Positions 27,590-41,079 of a DNA stretch of 64,000 nucleotides are shown here, piece after piece. A program made the position numbers and the translations under genes. This stretch comes from Octopus vulgaris (taxonomy: Eukaryota): contig OX597822.1 in NCBI GenBank assembly GCA_951406725.2, positions 107,694,001-107,758,000 of the forward strand, read 5' to 3'. The notes beneath the pieces are model-generated. The model searched no databases, was not told the DNA's origin, and saw only the letters and a program-made list of their open reading frames with translations. How positions within the stretch are numbered: the stretch's first letter is position 1; each line of letters opens with the position of its first letter.

Positions 27590-27806
27590 TATCAACGGAA
27601 ATGTTCGCTCGCGGTCTCCTGAAAATTCCTTGAATGGAAAGATCTTTAACTCTGAATATGATGTAAAAGTTCACTTGGATGAGCTCTTTCTCAGTAAAGG
27701 CAGATTTTTTTGAACAGGGAATAATGGATCTGCCCAAAAGTTAGCAGAAGATATTGAAACTAAACTGCGATTATGCAATTGATAGTGAATAAATTGCATT
27801 ATGTTT
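27590..27806 (+). mobile_element. Mariner transposase C-terminal remnant
   Basis: NSLNGKIFNSEYDVKVHLDELFLSK...EQGIMDLPKS*QKILK; mariner-type TIR ttttggccaacctaata at ~28659-28675 (degenerate twin at ~28149). Confidence 0.7.
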
Positions 27807-27820
27807 ACAACTTGAGTCAT

Positions 27821-28108
27821 TTTTTTCTCGGCCTTTTCAAGCCTAGCCAGGCTCATGGGCCCGGTTTCCCGGTTTCTGTGGCGTATGTGTTCCCCCGCAG
27901 CGTTACTCAGGAAACAGGAAGAGAGAGAGTGAGAGAAAGTTGTGGCGAAAGAGTACAACAGGGGTCGCCACCACCCTCTGCCGGAGCCTCGTGGAACTTT
28001 TCGGCGTTTTCGCTCAATAAACACACACAACGCCCGGTCTGGGAATCGAAACCGCGATCCTACGACCGCGAATCTGCTGCCGTAACCACTGGGCCATTGC
28101 GCCTCCAC
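27821..28108 (-). mobile_element. tRNA-SINE family C, tail type 2, with 14-bp TSD
   Basis: Head ggaggcgcaatggcccagtggtta...ggtttcgattccc (A/B boxes); TSD acaacttgagtcat at 27807-27820 and 28109-28122. Confidence 0.9.
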
Positions 28109-28227
28109 ACAACTTGAGTCATATTCTCATTAAAGAAGCGAACAAACATTTTGGCCAATTTAACATTTACATATACTGAGATGTTTTATCTTGTTAGAGT
28201 TTTAGTGTAGTAGTTACTCTGATATAA

Positions 28228-28618
28228 TGGAATGGAAGCACTCCGTCGGTTACGACGACGAGGGTTCCGGTTGATCCGAATCAACGGAACAGCCTGCTCG
28301 TGAAATTAACGTGTAAGTGGCTGAGCACTCCACAGACACGTGTACCCTTAACGTAGTTCTCGGGGATATTCAGCGTGACACAGAGAGTGACAAGTCCGGC
28401 CCTTTGAAATACAGGTACAACAGAAACAGGAAGTATGAGTGAGAGAAAGTTGTGGTGAAAGAGTACAGCAGGGGTCGCCACCACCCTCTGCCGGAGCCTC
28501 GTGGAACTTTTAGGCGTTTTCGCTCAATAAACACACGCAACGCCCGGTCTGGGAATCGAAACAGCGATCCTCCGACCGCGAATCTGCTGCCCTAACCACT
28601 GGGCCATTGCGCCTCCAC
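28228..28618 (-). mobile_element. tRNA-SINE family C, tail type 1
   Basis: Same head as 27821-28108; tail ...cgtcgtcgtaaccgacggagtgcttcca matches 49769-50057. Confidence 0.9.
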
Positions 28619-29397
28619 ACAACTTTAGTCATATTCTCATTAAAGAAGCGAACAAACATTTTGGCCAACCTAATATTTACATATACTGAGATGTTTTAAC
28701 TTGTTAGAGTTTTAGTGTAGTAGTTCCTCTGATATAAAGTGATAAGGAAATCCAGTCTTTCTTCATTGGCACACACAATTTTTGTGTTCTTCCTTATTCA
28801 AATATGAAATCTTGTTATTTGCCTTCCGGCCTGTGTAAATACATAAGTTTAATAAATTCATATTCAAGTCTCCATTGTCAATACTGTAAAAGTACATCTT
28901 TCATAGCTGTTTTATTCTTTCCGATGAACGTATATGATAGCAGCGTAGATGATAATCTATAAAGCAGTCGGTTCATTGACTTCTCGTTTAGACTCAAACT
29001 AAACATTTTAATATGTTTTCATAAATGTCACCTTAGATATTTGCCAGACACTTCGCAAAATATTTATATATAAGTACATTCAAACAAACATTATTCTGCC
29101 CACGTATCAAGATTCCGCATGGCATAAACTTTACTGAAATAAGTAATTACAAAACCTACACGCTTTTAATTATTCATTTGAGAATTAGCATACATAATGT
29201 TTTTGTATTTTCTAACAAAGATAAATAGTTTGATTTTTATTTTTCAAATTTTGTATAATTTTAGCTTTTATGTCTGTATCCTAAATTAGTTTCTAACCGT
29301 TTCATGCCAACACTTCTCCAATAGTTGCTAGCTTTTCTGCTTGCGCTCTTGAACAACTGCTTACACTGACTTCCATTAGAACCACTCATACGCGGCC

Positions 29398-29950
29398 TAC
29401 ATAGAAGTGCAAATATATGAACAATCCAAATTACAATACGGCTTGAACTACTACAAGTACCTGTTAGAGAATTGGAAACGATATTTCGATGATTGCCTCA
29501 TTCTATGTTCTCACACATTCAACCACCTCAGTGAATTCAAAAACCTAATTATGGGCAACAACAATCATATCCAATTTACGAAGGAATATAGTCAAAACAA
29601 ACTCCCGTTTCTAGATATTTGAATCATAGAAAAAGGCACAAACATCGAAACTGATGCTCATTACACACCAACTGATTGCAAATAATACATTCTGTTCACC
29701 TTTGACCATGCAAAGCAGACGAAGGAAAACATTCGTTTTAATCTAGCTAGAAGAATTTGTACAAATTGTCTCAAATTATGAAACTCAGAAGTTCTTCTCG
29801 AAATTCTACTTGAAAGACGGTACCCATCATCATTAATTGATAATGGAATAGACAGGATAAAGAAATCGACATCCAACTTTCACGAAATGCGAGACAGACT
29901 CAGAGTACGGTAAATAATCTTCCACATCTCTGAACACACAACCCAAGAAG
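29398..29950 (+). pseudogene. Penelope-like element reverse transcriptase remnant
   Basis: WKRYFDDCLI...IQFTKEYSQNKLPFLDI*IIEKGTNIETDAHYTPTDCK*YILF...TKENIRFNLARRICT: PLE RT catalytic motif and thumb, with stops. Confidence 0.9.
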
Positions 29951-29964
29951 CGCAGTTTATATAT

Positions 29965-30001
<37 letters not shown>

Positions 30002-30006
30002 TATAC

Positions 30007-30084
<78 letters not shown>

Positions 30085-30264
30085 TATGCATATATATATA
30101 CATATATGTACTACCTACCTCTACATGTATATATACACGCATATATGAGTACAGGACACCAAAAAAAAAAACGTCGAACACAATGAGAAGCGAAAACATA
30201 GACACAAACCCAAGGAACTGGACATTTTTCTTAAACAACAAAAAAATAGGCTACAGGACAAATA

Positions 30265-30317
<53 letters not shown>

Positions 30318-30334
30318 TATACATACATACACAC

Positions 30335-30368
<34 letters not shown>

Positions 30369-30599
30369 CATATATACATACATATATATGTATGTATACA
30401 TATCTCTCTATATATATTATTTTGCACAGGGTGTAATGGGTAAATTGTCGGCATGTTATATTTTATATACCGCAGATTGCTTGTTTTTGATTTTGTCAAC
30501 TACACAGTGTAGTAGCATAAGTTGGGAACCGTCTGTGAGAAAAAACAGCACCATGACGCAATTCACTATGTGAGAAATTTGGAAACGGCATACTGTACT

Positions 30600-31280
30600 G
30601 CTTGGCATTCACGCCGGAAGCTCCAATACAATGTGCCGGAAGTTCCAATACGAAAATATATCGAGAATGTTAAAAATCAAACATCCAGTCAATATCATGG
30701 AGTTTGGAGCGATCAAGAATGACGCCGGTGTTATGCCTACATTCATCTGAACACACGGCCTCACACTCAACGCGGAGGTCTATATCAAGTGCTTGGAGGA
30801 GGTAGTGTTGCCCTGGGTCAAGAGAGTGGCTTTTGGAAGACTCTATGTCTGCCAACATGACTCTGCATCATGCTACACAAGCTGAAGAACCTAGTCAAGC
30901 CTGCCAGACAATTTCTACAACCACACTATCCCTAACCACACTATCCTGGGCACTTAACTCTCCAGGCTGCATTATTATGATTTTATGAGTGGGGTGCACT
31001 TGAGCGACAGACCAATGAAATCCCTTGTAATACCAAAGATGAACCGAAGGAAAAGATTATAGCAGCATTCATGAACTTAAGCAGGGAGACCGTTCAGAAG
31101 AGTTGCAAGGGATTCCAAAATCATCAGGAAAACGTGGTCGAAGCCAACGGCGATTTTATTGAATAAATGTACTCAGGATATTTTAATGTAATTTAGGCAA
31201 ATATATATGTTAAATTGAGATATCAATATTATTTCCATTTCTGCGTAATTTAGACAAATGCCTTATTCATCGCGCCTTCA
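30600..31280 (+). mobile_element. Tc1/mariner (DD37D maT-like) transposase remnant
   Basis: LNAEVYIKCLEEVVLPWVKRVAFGRLYVCQHDSASCYTS...NTKDEPKEKIIAAF...VVEANGDFIE*, with stops and frameshifts. Confidence 0.85.
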
Positions 31281-31786
31281 ATATATATCCTTGCATTCAT
31301 ACACACGGTGCGCGCACATATATATGTATGCATGTATTTGAGTGGGTGAAACGCATGACGATATATAGATTTTTTCATTGACTGACACGATGTCAGCTTA
31401 AGCAGCTCAGGTCGAAGAAGAATCGGACGGAAGCTACTCTGGCAGGGAATGTCCCGTGTCATCGTTTGTACTCTACTATATATGAAAGGAATTATGCACA
31501 GAATATACTATGCTGTACGAACAGTTATTTTAATGTAAATATATACTATCAATATTAATTTCAAATTTTAATGCACTTTGTTCCTCGTGTAATTTGCATC
31601 TTTATTCAACGCTATGTATCAATCTAATTAATACGTGTCGATGTAGATATAAGCCCGCACTGAACACACAAACATATACAAAACAAAATATTGGCATAGG
31701 TATACACGTAAGTAGATATATACACATGTGTATGTGCACAAGAAACCCTGCAGTAGTGCCTGTACAAAATTGTACGCATTTGCTCT

Positions 31787-31838
<52 letters not shown>

Positions 31839-31889
31839 AATGTGTTTGTGTGATTATAAATATATGCAAATATATGAACATTATACACA

Positions 31890-31942
<53 letters not shown>

Positions 31943-31943
31943 A

Positions 31944-31978
<35 letters not shown>

Positions 31979-32684
31979 ATGTATGTATCTATCTATCTAT
32001 CTATCAATATATCTATTCACATTTACACAAACTGACGTATATATTGACGTATATATATCTGATCATATTTTCTGTGTATATATGTTGAACCAACCAGAGG
32101 CAGGGGACGATGGCTTTATTAATAATCTTGATAAGTCGATCGACGGATGAATATTAATGTGCTGGTGAGAAGGTAGTTTGAAAGGACGAATAATTCAAAT
32201 CAAACTTTTCATAAACAATGAAAGAGGTCATACTCTTACAAGGGAAATCTCATAAATCTAAAATACTACTTTCACCTTTCTATATGTAACTACATTGTTC
32301 TGTGCTTATACCAGGAGTTCAGTTTCTCGCCAATTGTAATTCATCGTAGCTTTACGTTTACATTTGATAGACTATACAAAATTTACGGAAATGGTAAGTA
32401 TAAGTTTAGCGTAATATACAGATATGATAAGTTCTTATTAACAAATTCTATACAATCCCATTCTCTGGCCGTTCTCATTATATACATACATATATATACA
32501 TACCCCGTCGCACACACATATATCTATGCGCGCGTGTGTGTTGTAAGAATTTGGTCCCTAACAGTATGGCCCCAAAATCAGTCTAGGTGTCTTCTCGTAT
32601 AGCGTTTTGCCGGACAAAACCTTGTCATGTGTTAGATGGAAATTGAAAGCTAATCGTGTAAATATATATGTATGTATCTACTGG

Positions 32685-33500
32685 CTATAATCCAATGGGT
32701 GCAAAAGAATAGCATGCTGCTGGATCAGAACACGCTTGAGTTAATCCACTTCGAAAAAGAGGATACCCTGAGAATCATATACTCCCTTCCTTTGGGTGAA
32801 ACTCTCATGGCATCCAACAACATCAGAGTCTGGGGAGTAATTGTGGACAACAATATAAGCTGAGCCGCTCATATAAACAACAAAGTTGACATGGCCCGAA
32901 CTATGTGTTCCTGGTTCTTCAGGACTTTCCAGTCGAGAGATATCCACTCCATTATCCTTCTCTTCTCTACTTTTGTCTGACCCCACCTTGAATACCGTTG
33001 TCCACTATGGTCTCCCCTAACGACACAAAGTATCAGGAAAATTGAAGCAACTCCAATGTCAATTACAAAAAAGATAGGTGGCATGACAGTCCTTGACTAT
33101 CGGGATCAAGTAGAAAAGCTAAAGCTTTATTCCCTCCAACGCCGCCGTGAGCGCTACATCATCTGCATGATGTGGAAAATATTCCATCAGCATTGACCAA
33201 GACTTAGATCCATGCTATCCGCCCACAATATAAATCATATTTGCATCACATAACAATAAAACGGCACAATTATTTCATCTCAATTGAACCCACTCTTTTC
33301 AGCATTACATCAAATCACATTACAGGAAAAACAGACTCCATTAATTTCAAGACGTCGTTGGACAGACTCCTTCAAATAATCCCGGATAAACCTGCTACAT
33401 CCGGATATCTCTCCGCAAAAAATAACTCTCTTCTCGATTGGGCCATGTTGTCCGATTCCTGATTTGGATGACTTTGCCAGGTGGTGCTATTAAGTTAAAC
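32685..33500 (+). mobile_element. CR1-group LINE 3' fragment, decayed (same family as 52545-53465)
   Basis: ASNNIRVWGVIVD...PHLEYRCPLWSP...LYSLQRRRERYIIC; 3' UTR aggtggtgctattaagtta. Confidence 0.9.
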
Positions 33501-34521
33501 CGTTAGGCTGTCAAGGACAAACCAACTGCTTTATCAGGCTACTCGCCAGTTTCGGGAAGATTATAGACACACAACTCGAGCAGTGTACTCTGTACATTAA
33601 AAGACTACGTCTCGACCAAACAAGCGGGCGCACATTGAACATACTCGCATATACCTAAACACACACACACACACACAATGAAAGACACTGAAAATTCAAT
33701 ATTGTAAAACTACAAGTTATATATGTATATGCATATCTCTCTCTCTCTTTATATAGAGAGGGTGAGTGTGGGTGTGGGTGTGAGTGTGTGTGGGTGTAAG
33801 TGTGAGCGTGAATTGTAAATCAGTTTCAACAAAACGGAAAGATAATTTTTGCAAATCAACGAAAGATTAATTAGCTATATTTTATTTCTGATTTCAGAAT
33901 TTTTTTTTGTCCAATACAGATGGTTAATGATAATAATTTTAAAACTTACGCAAAGGCGAAATAGATATTTCCAAAGTCACGACAACATTTGAGCTAATTA
34001 AGAATTATTGGATTGTTGATATGTTTTGGTCAGAACTTTTACGTGTCAAAAGGTGAAACCCATGCAACCAGTTAGCCTGTCGCGTTAGCGATATCAATAA
34101 CAAATTTTTGGGGGTAACGAACTGATACAAAGGGAGGAGAAGCCAAAGTTGTATGTAAAATGCGTTTTTCTCAAAGCATGCCTTCCGTAGTTATTTTATC
34201 GGGATAAAAAAAGACTCTCACAGGCATTGATATGATAGTTATTGCAAGATAGGAAGAGGACGGGGGACACAGAAAAGATTTCATAGGTGTTTTTCTTTAA
34301 ACTTGACTAGTGGAAGCGAAATGGAAACACAGCGAAGTATCGATCTGGACGAGTTTCCTTTGAAACAGAGTAACTATTTGGACAAGTTTTCAATGTGGTT
34401 ATAAATAAATTATGTTCTTAGATTAACTTTTGAGTTATATAAGAATCAACGGACATGCAGTGCATGACTAGAGTGTCTCGACTGCACGCCATATAATTAT
34501 GTGTGTGTGTATATGTATGTG

Positions 34522-34591
<70 letters not shown>

Positions 34592-34679
34592 TTTGTATAT
34601 ACATATGTATATATATGTGTGTATATTTGTATGTGTATGCCAATGGGATTCGGTCCGAGATCAGACCTTGTACCCCAAA

Positions 34680-34990
34680 TCTGTGAATCAATGTTCTCAC
34701 TATCTCCCATTTCCCACAAAGAATGCTACATGTACCTAGGCATTGATGAAACCATCCTACGAAGGCGCGTAATTTTAAAGTTAGAGTGATCCCAGGCTTA
34801 GGAAAATATGACAGCTAAAAATCTCATCTTACAACAAAACGCCAACCTACAAGGCTTTTGCACTATCTGTGCTGAGCCCAACATTTGGAATAGTTGAATG
34901 TTTTGTAGAGAAACCCATTCCACAGATGTTAAAACCCATCAGATACGGACAACAACTGGAAACTAAACGTTGGAGATCAGTGTAGACAAC
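34680..34990 (+). mobile_element. R4/Dong RT C-terminal remnant
   Basis: [10 protein letters not shown] and SYNKTPTYKAFALSVLSPTFGIVEC resemble YKYLG and NKxxAxNxFAxPVLxPxFGI motifs. Confidence 0.6.
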
Positions 34991-35090
34991 CTTCTATTGC
35001 CACATAGTCTCTTTCAGATACCACTTGATACACAGCAGCATTGAAAATAAATACGTGAACTTACTGAAAAGTGAAAAGAACAATATCTTA

Positions 35091-35492
35091 CACAGGAGTG
35101 GCTGTGTGGTAAGTAGCTTGCTAACCAACCACATGGTTCCGGGTTCAGTCCCACTGCGTGGCATCTTGGGCAAGTGTCTTCTACTATAGCCCCGGCCGAC
35201 CAATGCCTTGTGAGTGGATTTGGTAGACGGAAACTGAAAGAAGCCTGTCGTATATATGTATATATATATGTGTGTTTATGTGTTTGTGAGTCTGTGTTTG
35301 TCCCCCTAGCATTGCTTGACAACCGATGCTGGTGTGTTTACGTCCCCGTCACTTAGCGGTTCGGCAAAAGAGACCGATAGAATAAGTACTGGGCTTATAA
35401 AGAATAAGTCCCGGCGTCGATTTGCTCGACGAAAGGCAGTGCTCCATCATGGCCGCAGTCAAATGACTGAAACAAGTAAAAGAGTAAAGAGT
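35091..35492 (+). mobile_element. tRNA-SINE family A, full length
   Basis: A box tggctgtgtggt, B box ggttcagtccc, internal (TA/TG)n, tail ggcggtgctccagcatggccgcag...ctgaaacaagtaaaagag; many copies in window. Confidence 0.92.
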
Positions 35493-35639
35493 TACGTGTT
35501 GGTAGTGAAATCCATAGGGTCACGCTGTTCTTGATCACTTCCCAAACAAAGCTCAAATTACCGGACTAACATACCTCAGAGAAAACTTACGTGTGAAACC
35601 TCAGCATACCAGAATTGAATACGCATGGGCGTAAACACG

Positions 35640-36045
35640 CGCGGGCGTGACTGGGTGGCAAAAAATTGGTTCCCAACCACATGGTTCCTGGTTCAGTCCT
35701 ACAACATGGTGCCTTGGTCTAGTGTATTCTACCGTAACATCGGGCCGACCAAAGCCTTGTGATTGGATGTGGTAGACGGAAACTCTAAGAAGCCTGTCGT
35801 ATTATATATATGTATGTGTGTATGTGTATGTGCCATTTTGTCTCAGTGTCTGCATTTCTCACCCAAACCACCGCTTGATTACCACTGTTATGATGTTTAC
35901 GTCCCCGTAACTTAGCGGTTCGGCAAAAGAGAGGAGTCGAATAAGTACCAGGCTTAAAATAGAAAATGTAAATAGCACTCTCGATTCACTTGACTAAAAA
36001 TTATTCAAGGCAACGCCCCAGCATGGCCACACTAAAATGACTGTA
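35640..36045 (+). mobile_element. tRNA-SINE family A, older copy
   Basis: Diverged match to 35091-35492. Confidence 0.85.
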
Positions 36046-36049
36046 TGTA

Positions 36050-36096
<47 letters not shown>

Positions 36097-37001
36097 TTAT
36101 TTATTTATTTATTTTTTATTTTATTTTATTTATTTATTTTTTGTGTGTTCTTTTCTTCCCTTTTACGATCCTTCTTGATCGAAAATCTACGCCACCCCCT
36201 TTTTTTGTTTCTTTTGTTTTTTGTTATTTTTCATCCCCCAAAAGAAAAGCTCTACCTTGTAACTTGTTCCATCTGTGTGCAGCCCTGTGTGGCCAATAAA
36301 GAAACTTAGCTAGCTATCTATCTATCTATCTATCTATCTACCTATGTGAAGACAGTGAGACACAAAGTATTACTGATTAGTCTTTGTACTAACAACATCG
36401 GGGAGCACTTATGTATAGAAGAATGTTATTAGAAACAGCGTACAATGTTATTAGAAACGTACAGAACACGAAATCCAAAAACAGAAAAGTTCTGTTTTAC
36501 AAAATAACTTGGCTTCGACAAACGTCTCCCTTTCTGGCAGTGACGTGTTGTCTTCAAAATCTGCAAAATTCACGGGACCGAATAACATGTAATTCAATAA
36601 CATGTGCTTCTTTCATATTTTCTCAAAATAATCTATAATAAAACTTTTACACCAACGGCTTTTGTTCTTGAAATATTTGTTTCCTTAAGACCATCAGCAT
36701 CTGCTCAAAATGGCTGATATAATCTGCGATATCAGTCATGCGTTCATTGCAGCATGACACGACTACCTTGATTTATTTCATTTTTGTGTGTTTATTGGTG
36801 TTTCCATTGCTATTCGGTTTATCGGCAGCATTTATATTTTCCTGTTTTCTTATAAATTTATAATTGTAGCATTAACGTTACTTGTATTTTAAACAAAAAT
36901 ATAAGTATACATACATACGTATATACATACCCACAGATATATTTATATGTATATATGTGTGAATGTGTGTGTTATATAAATGTTATATATAAATGCTATA
37001 T

Positions 37002-37038
<37 letters not shown>

Positions 37039-37082
37039 TATAGATATAAATACATATAAGCATATATGCCTGTGTATGTATG

Positions 37083-37117
<35 letters not shown>

Positions 37118-37529
37118 TAATATGAATATTCGTGTGTTTTCAAACACTCTCCATAAACACTGCTTTAGAATACTGACTGAGTCACTGACAATGGCCTCCA
37201 CTAATCTTATCTTTGTCGAAGTCGATAACAACTGTCTGGGAATTTCTTTTTAAGAAGTCACTCTTTCATATACAATCAGTTTAGGCGAAGGTAACTCCAG
37301 AAGTTGTTATGCAAGACACCAATCTTCTTTCCGATACATCGACAAAAGTAAAGCCACTGGGTTTGTTATAGCCAACGGCACACCACATAAGTGAAGCGCA
37401 GAATCCTAGAGAAAACCCTGTCTTGTGTAAATGGATATAAGAAATGCAAATCATGCTTTTCAAGAAGTACACTATAAATTTAGCCAAGGTCCGAAGTTTT
37501 CCACATATGCAAACATATCGACACAATTC

Positions 37530-37627
37530 TTGTGTTTTCTACTATAGCCTCGAGCCGACCAAAGCATTGTGAGTGGATTTAGTAGACCGAAACTGGAAGA
37601 AGCCCGTCGTATATATGCATATATATA
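37530..37627 (+). mobile_element. SINE family A 5' half (split by LINE)
   Basis: tctactatagcctcgagccgaccaaagc...gaagcccgtcgtatata. Confidence 0.85.
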
Positions 37628-39100
37628 CAGAGCAGATGCCAAAAGCTATAGGCCTATCTCTCTGACTTCACACATCAGCAAAGTCATGGAACGGATAGTC
37701 AGAAAGAAACTAATCGCATTCCTTGAGGAAAATAACTTGCTGAGTGATTCCCAGCATGGTTTTCGACCAGGTAGGAGCTGCCTGACCCAGCTCTTACAGC
37801 ATTATGACTGGGTGTTGAGGCAGTTACTCAACACATCAAATGTGGACGTAATCTACCATGATTTTGCAAAAGCTTTTGACAAGGTGGATTATGGTATGAT
37901 ATGACACAAACTACGTGACCTCGGCATACCTGGAAAACGTGGAGTGTGGTTACATGACTTTCTGAAAGATAAGAGTCAGGCAGTAGTAGTTAATGGAGCC
38001 ACCTCTATAAACACACAAATAGTGAGTGGTGTTTCACAGGGCACTGTCTTGGGACCACTGCTTTTTATAGTGGCTCTCCCAGATATGCCTTCAAATGCCC
38101 GGATAGCCACTCTGGCAAGCTATGCAGACGATACGAAAGTCTCGCAGAAAATACAGAACCCCAGCGATGTTGCACACCTGCAGCAGGAGTTGGACTCAAT
38201 CTATAGATGGGCTGAGGATAATAATATGCAGTTTAATGCTGAGAAATTCCAGGCCCTGCGCTACCAGCATGCGAAACTGAATATTAAACTTACGGGATAC
38301 ACCGGTCCACAGGGAATTTCAATCCCAGAGCCTAAGTCTGTGAGGGACCTGGGTATCGACATGAGTGATGATACCTCTTTCCAAGTGCACATTACCAGGA
38401 TGGCGACAAAGTGCAGACGACTGGCTGGGTGGATCCTAAGAATATTCAGAACCAGAGATAAGTAAACCATGATGGTTCTCTGGCGGATATTCGTCCTCAG
38501 CCGCCTGGATTACTGCTCACAGCTATGGTCACCCACCAGTGTAAAATTAACAGCGGACCTTGAAGCAATCCAGAGAAGATTCACAAAGAAGATCGTCTCT
38601 TTGCAACAGCTCAGCTACTGGGAAAGTTTGAAACAGCTAAGACTCTACTCCCTGGAGAGAAGACGGGAGAGGTATGCAGTAATATATGTCTGGAAGATCC
38701 TGGAAGGAATTGTGCCAAATTTTGGCATTGTAAGCTACACCAATGCTAGAACGGGACGACACTGCATAGTGCCAAAGATCCCAGCAATGCCATCACGCTT
38801 CAGGACCAGCTTCTGCAACAACCTGGGTTTTAAGGGCCCACAGCTTTTTAATATTCTCCCAAAGAGTCTGAGGAACTTGCACAAAGTAGATGTAGCGGTT
38901 TTTAAATCAAAGCTGAACATCTTCCTGTCGAGAGTCCCAGATGAACCTACCTCACGGCAAGAGGTGTAAATGAGAGTAGCTATATCAAACTCCATTCTTC
39001 ACCAAGTGCCACATGTGAGAGGAGGTTCTTCGTAATAACAGTGTAGCACAAAACGGCGGTGCATCTGCATGGCCGCAGCTCTTAGCTGAAACGAGAAAAA
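37628..39100 (+). mobile_element. 5'-truncated CR1-group LINE: RT domain, C-terminus, 3' tail
   Basis: One frame with two in-frame stops: YRPISLTS, QHGFRPGRSCLTQLL, DFAKAFDKV, SGVSQGTVLGPLLF, YADD, LDYCSQLWSP, LYSLERRRERY. Confidence 0.95.
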
Positions 39101-39322
39101 TATATATATATGTTTGTGTGTCTGTGTTTGTCCCTCCAACATCGCTTGACAACCGATGCTGGTATGTTTACGTCCCCGTAACTTAGCGGCTCTGCAAAAG
39201 AGACCGATAGAATAAGTACTAAGCTTATAGAATAAGTCCTGCAGTCGATTTGCTTGACTAACGGCGGTGCTCCAGCATGGCCACACTCAAATGACTGAAA
39301 CAATTAAAAGAGTAAAAGAGAA
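39101..39322 (+). mobile_element. SINE family A 3' half
   Basis: Continues the SINE interrupted at 37627. Confidence 0.88.
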
Positions 39323-39486
39323 TGCATATATATATATATAATGAATGAGGAAAATAGTCTAATAAAGGGGCATAGAAGTCCGCGACAGAAAAAAGAAGGC
39401 CTTCCTCTCCGCGTGGGAGTCGAACCTACATTCCTTTCTTAACGCGACTAAGTGTGTTACATTTCAAGCAGCGAGCACCGACAGTA

Positions 39487-40540
39487 TATATATATATGCG
39501 TATAAGAAGGGATGACCACTACGTGGACATCCAACATGGTAAAAATAGTTCACCTCGATCTAACCACGAACGAAAATAATGTTCTTTAGAAAAATTTAGC
39601 AAACACCAGAACATAAGCGGGTAAGACAAATGGAATCCAGAGAAACAGTTCTGCAGAGGATAATTTACTACAATGAATATTGCCATTTAGAGAACACAAT
39701 TATTTAATCTTTAATAATGAGGGTGATAAATTGAATATTAATTTAATTAATATCAATTTAAAACCAGTGGCCTAGCATATAGAAAAATATGAAAATTCAC
39801 AAAAAATGTATTATATGCGTATAAGAATGATGACCACTTAGTGGACATCCAATATGCTAGAAATAGATCATCTACGATCAAACCAAAAAGGAAAAGAATG
39901 TTCTCTAGAAAAAATTAGCGCGCCAGAGCTGAGACATTTGAAAATTACTCCAATGTAATCGGTAGAACTCTACACAGATCTCATTTTATGAGGACAATCT
40001 GTGTATAGTTCTGCATGTTATATTGAATTAGAACGGTCGTACTGAAGACCTACTTACCTTGTTACGTAAGTAAAATCGTTAATGGTGAAACTAGTCTACG
40101 ATTAATTTTTTATTTTGTATATTTTCATTTGTCTTACCCGCTTATGTTCTGGTGTTTGCTGAATTTTTCTAGAGAACATTTTCCTTTGTGGGTAGATCGT
40201 AAGTGATCTCTTTCTAGCATAATGGATGTCGATTTAGTGGTCATCTTTTCTTGTACGCTTGTAATACAATTTTTCTGAATTTTCAGATTTTTCTATATGC
40301 TAGACCACTGGTTTTAAATTGATGTTAAATTAGTACTCAATTTATCACCTCCCTTATTTAAATTTCAAATAATTATGTTCACTAACCGGCAATATTCATT
40401 GCAGTAAATTATCTTCTGCAGAACTGTTTCCGGGATTTAGCCTGCCAGAGCTGAGACATTTGAAAATAACCCACTGGTTTTAAATTGATGTTAATTAAAT
40501 TAATATTCAATTTATCACGTCATTATTTAAATTTTAAATA
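39487..40540 (+). mobile_element. Diverged relative of the 5.7-kb HHR element (~522-bp unit, inverted 5' segment)
   Basis: Shares accagtgg.ctagcatat, gtggaca..caa.atgctaga and gagaacat blocks; gccagagctgagacatttgaaaat at 39922 and 40444; 39487-39920 is inverted relative to 40125-40435. Confidence 0.8.
40035..40103 (+). ncRNA. Type I hammerhead ribozyme, slightly degenerate
   Basis: GGTCGTA-CTGAAGA-cc TACTTAC cttgttac GTAAGTA...ggt-GAA-ACTAGT-C-TACGATT; GUC triplet, palindromic stem III; base of stem II imperfect. Confidence 0.7.
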
Positions 40541-40567
40541 TATATATAAAAATATATATATATATAT

Positions 40568-40828
40568 CCGTGCCAGGATCATGGGACCGGTTTCTCGGTT
40601 TCTGTGGCGTATGGGTTCCCGCTAGCTGGGCAGGACACCAGTCTATCGCAGCGTTACTCAAGAAATAGGAAGAGAGAGAGTGAGAGAATTTTGTGACCAA
40701 AGAGTACCTAGTGGATCTTTTAAGTATTTTAGCTCAATAAACACACACAACGCCCAGTCTGGGAATCGAAAATGCGATCCTCCGACCGCGAGTCCGCTGC
40801 CCTAACCACTGGGCCATTGCGCCTCCAC
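40568..40828 (-). mobile_element. tRNA-SINE family C, tail type 2
   Basis: Matches 27821-28108. Confidence 0.85.
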
Positions 40829-40938
<110 letters not shown>

Positions 40939-41017
40939 TTGTGTGTGTTTGCGTGTGTGTGTTTGCGTGTGTGTGTATAAATATGTAATATAATATGTGA
41001 TAATTATTCAGTTGCAG

Positions 41018-41079
41018 GAGTAAAACTCCGAGTTTCGGATACCGAGGCAGAAATCTGCTCCGGCATCTCGTCAGTTATC
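41018..41079 (-). ncRNA. Type I hammerhead-like motif
   Basis: GATAA-CTGACGA-GATGCCGGAGCAGA tt TCTGCCTCGGTATC-c-GAA-ACTCGGAGT-T-TTAcTC on minus strand; long stem II, GUU triplet, weak stem I. Confidence 0.65.

Noticed and set aside
39405-39480. tRNA-like B box (ggttcgactcc) on the minus strand
   Set aside because: No cloverleaf; likely a SINE-head remnant. The other tRNA-like heads are SINEs too, so no tRNA genes are called.
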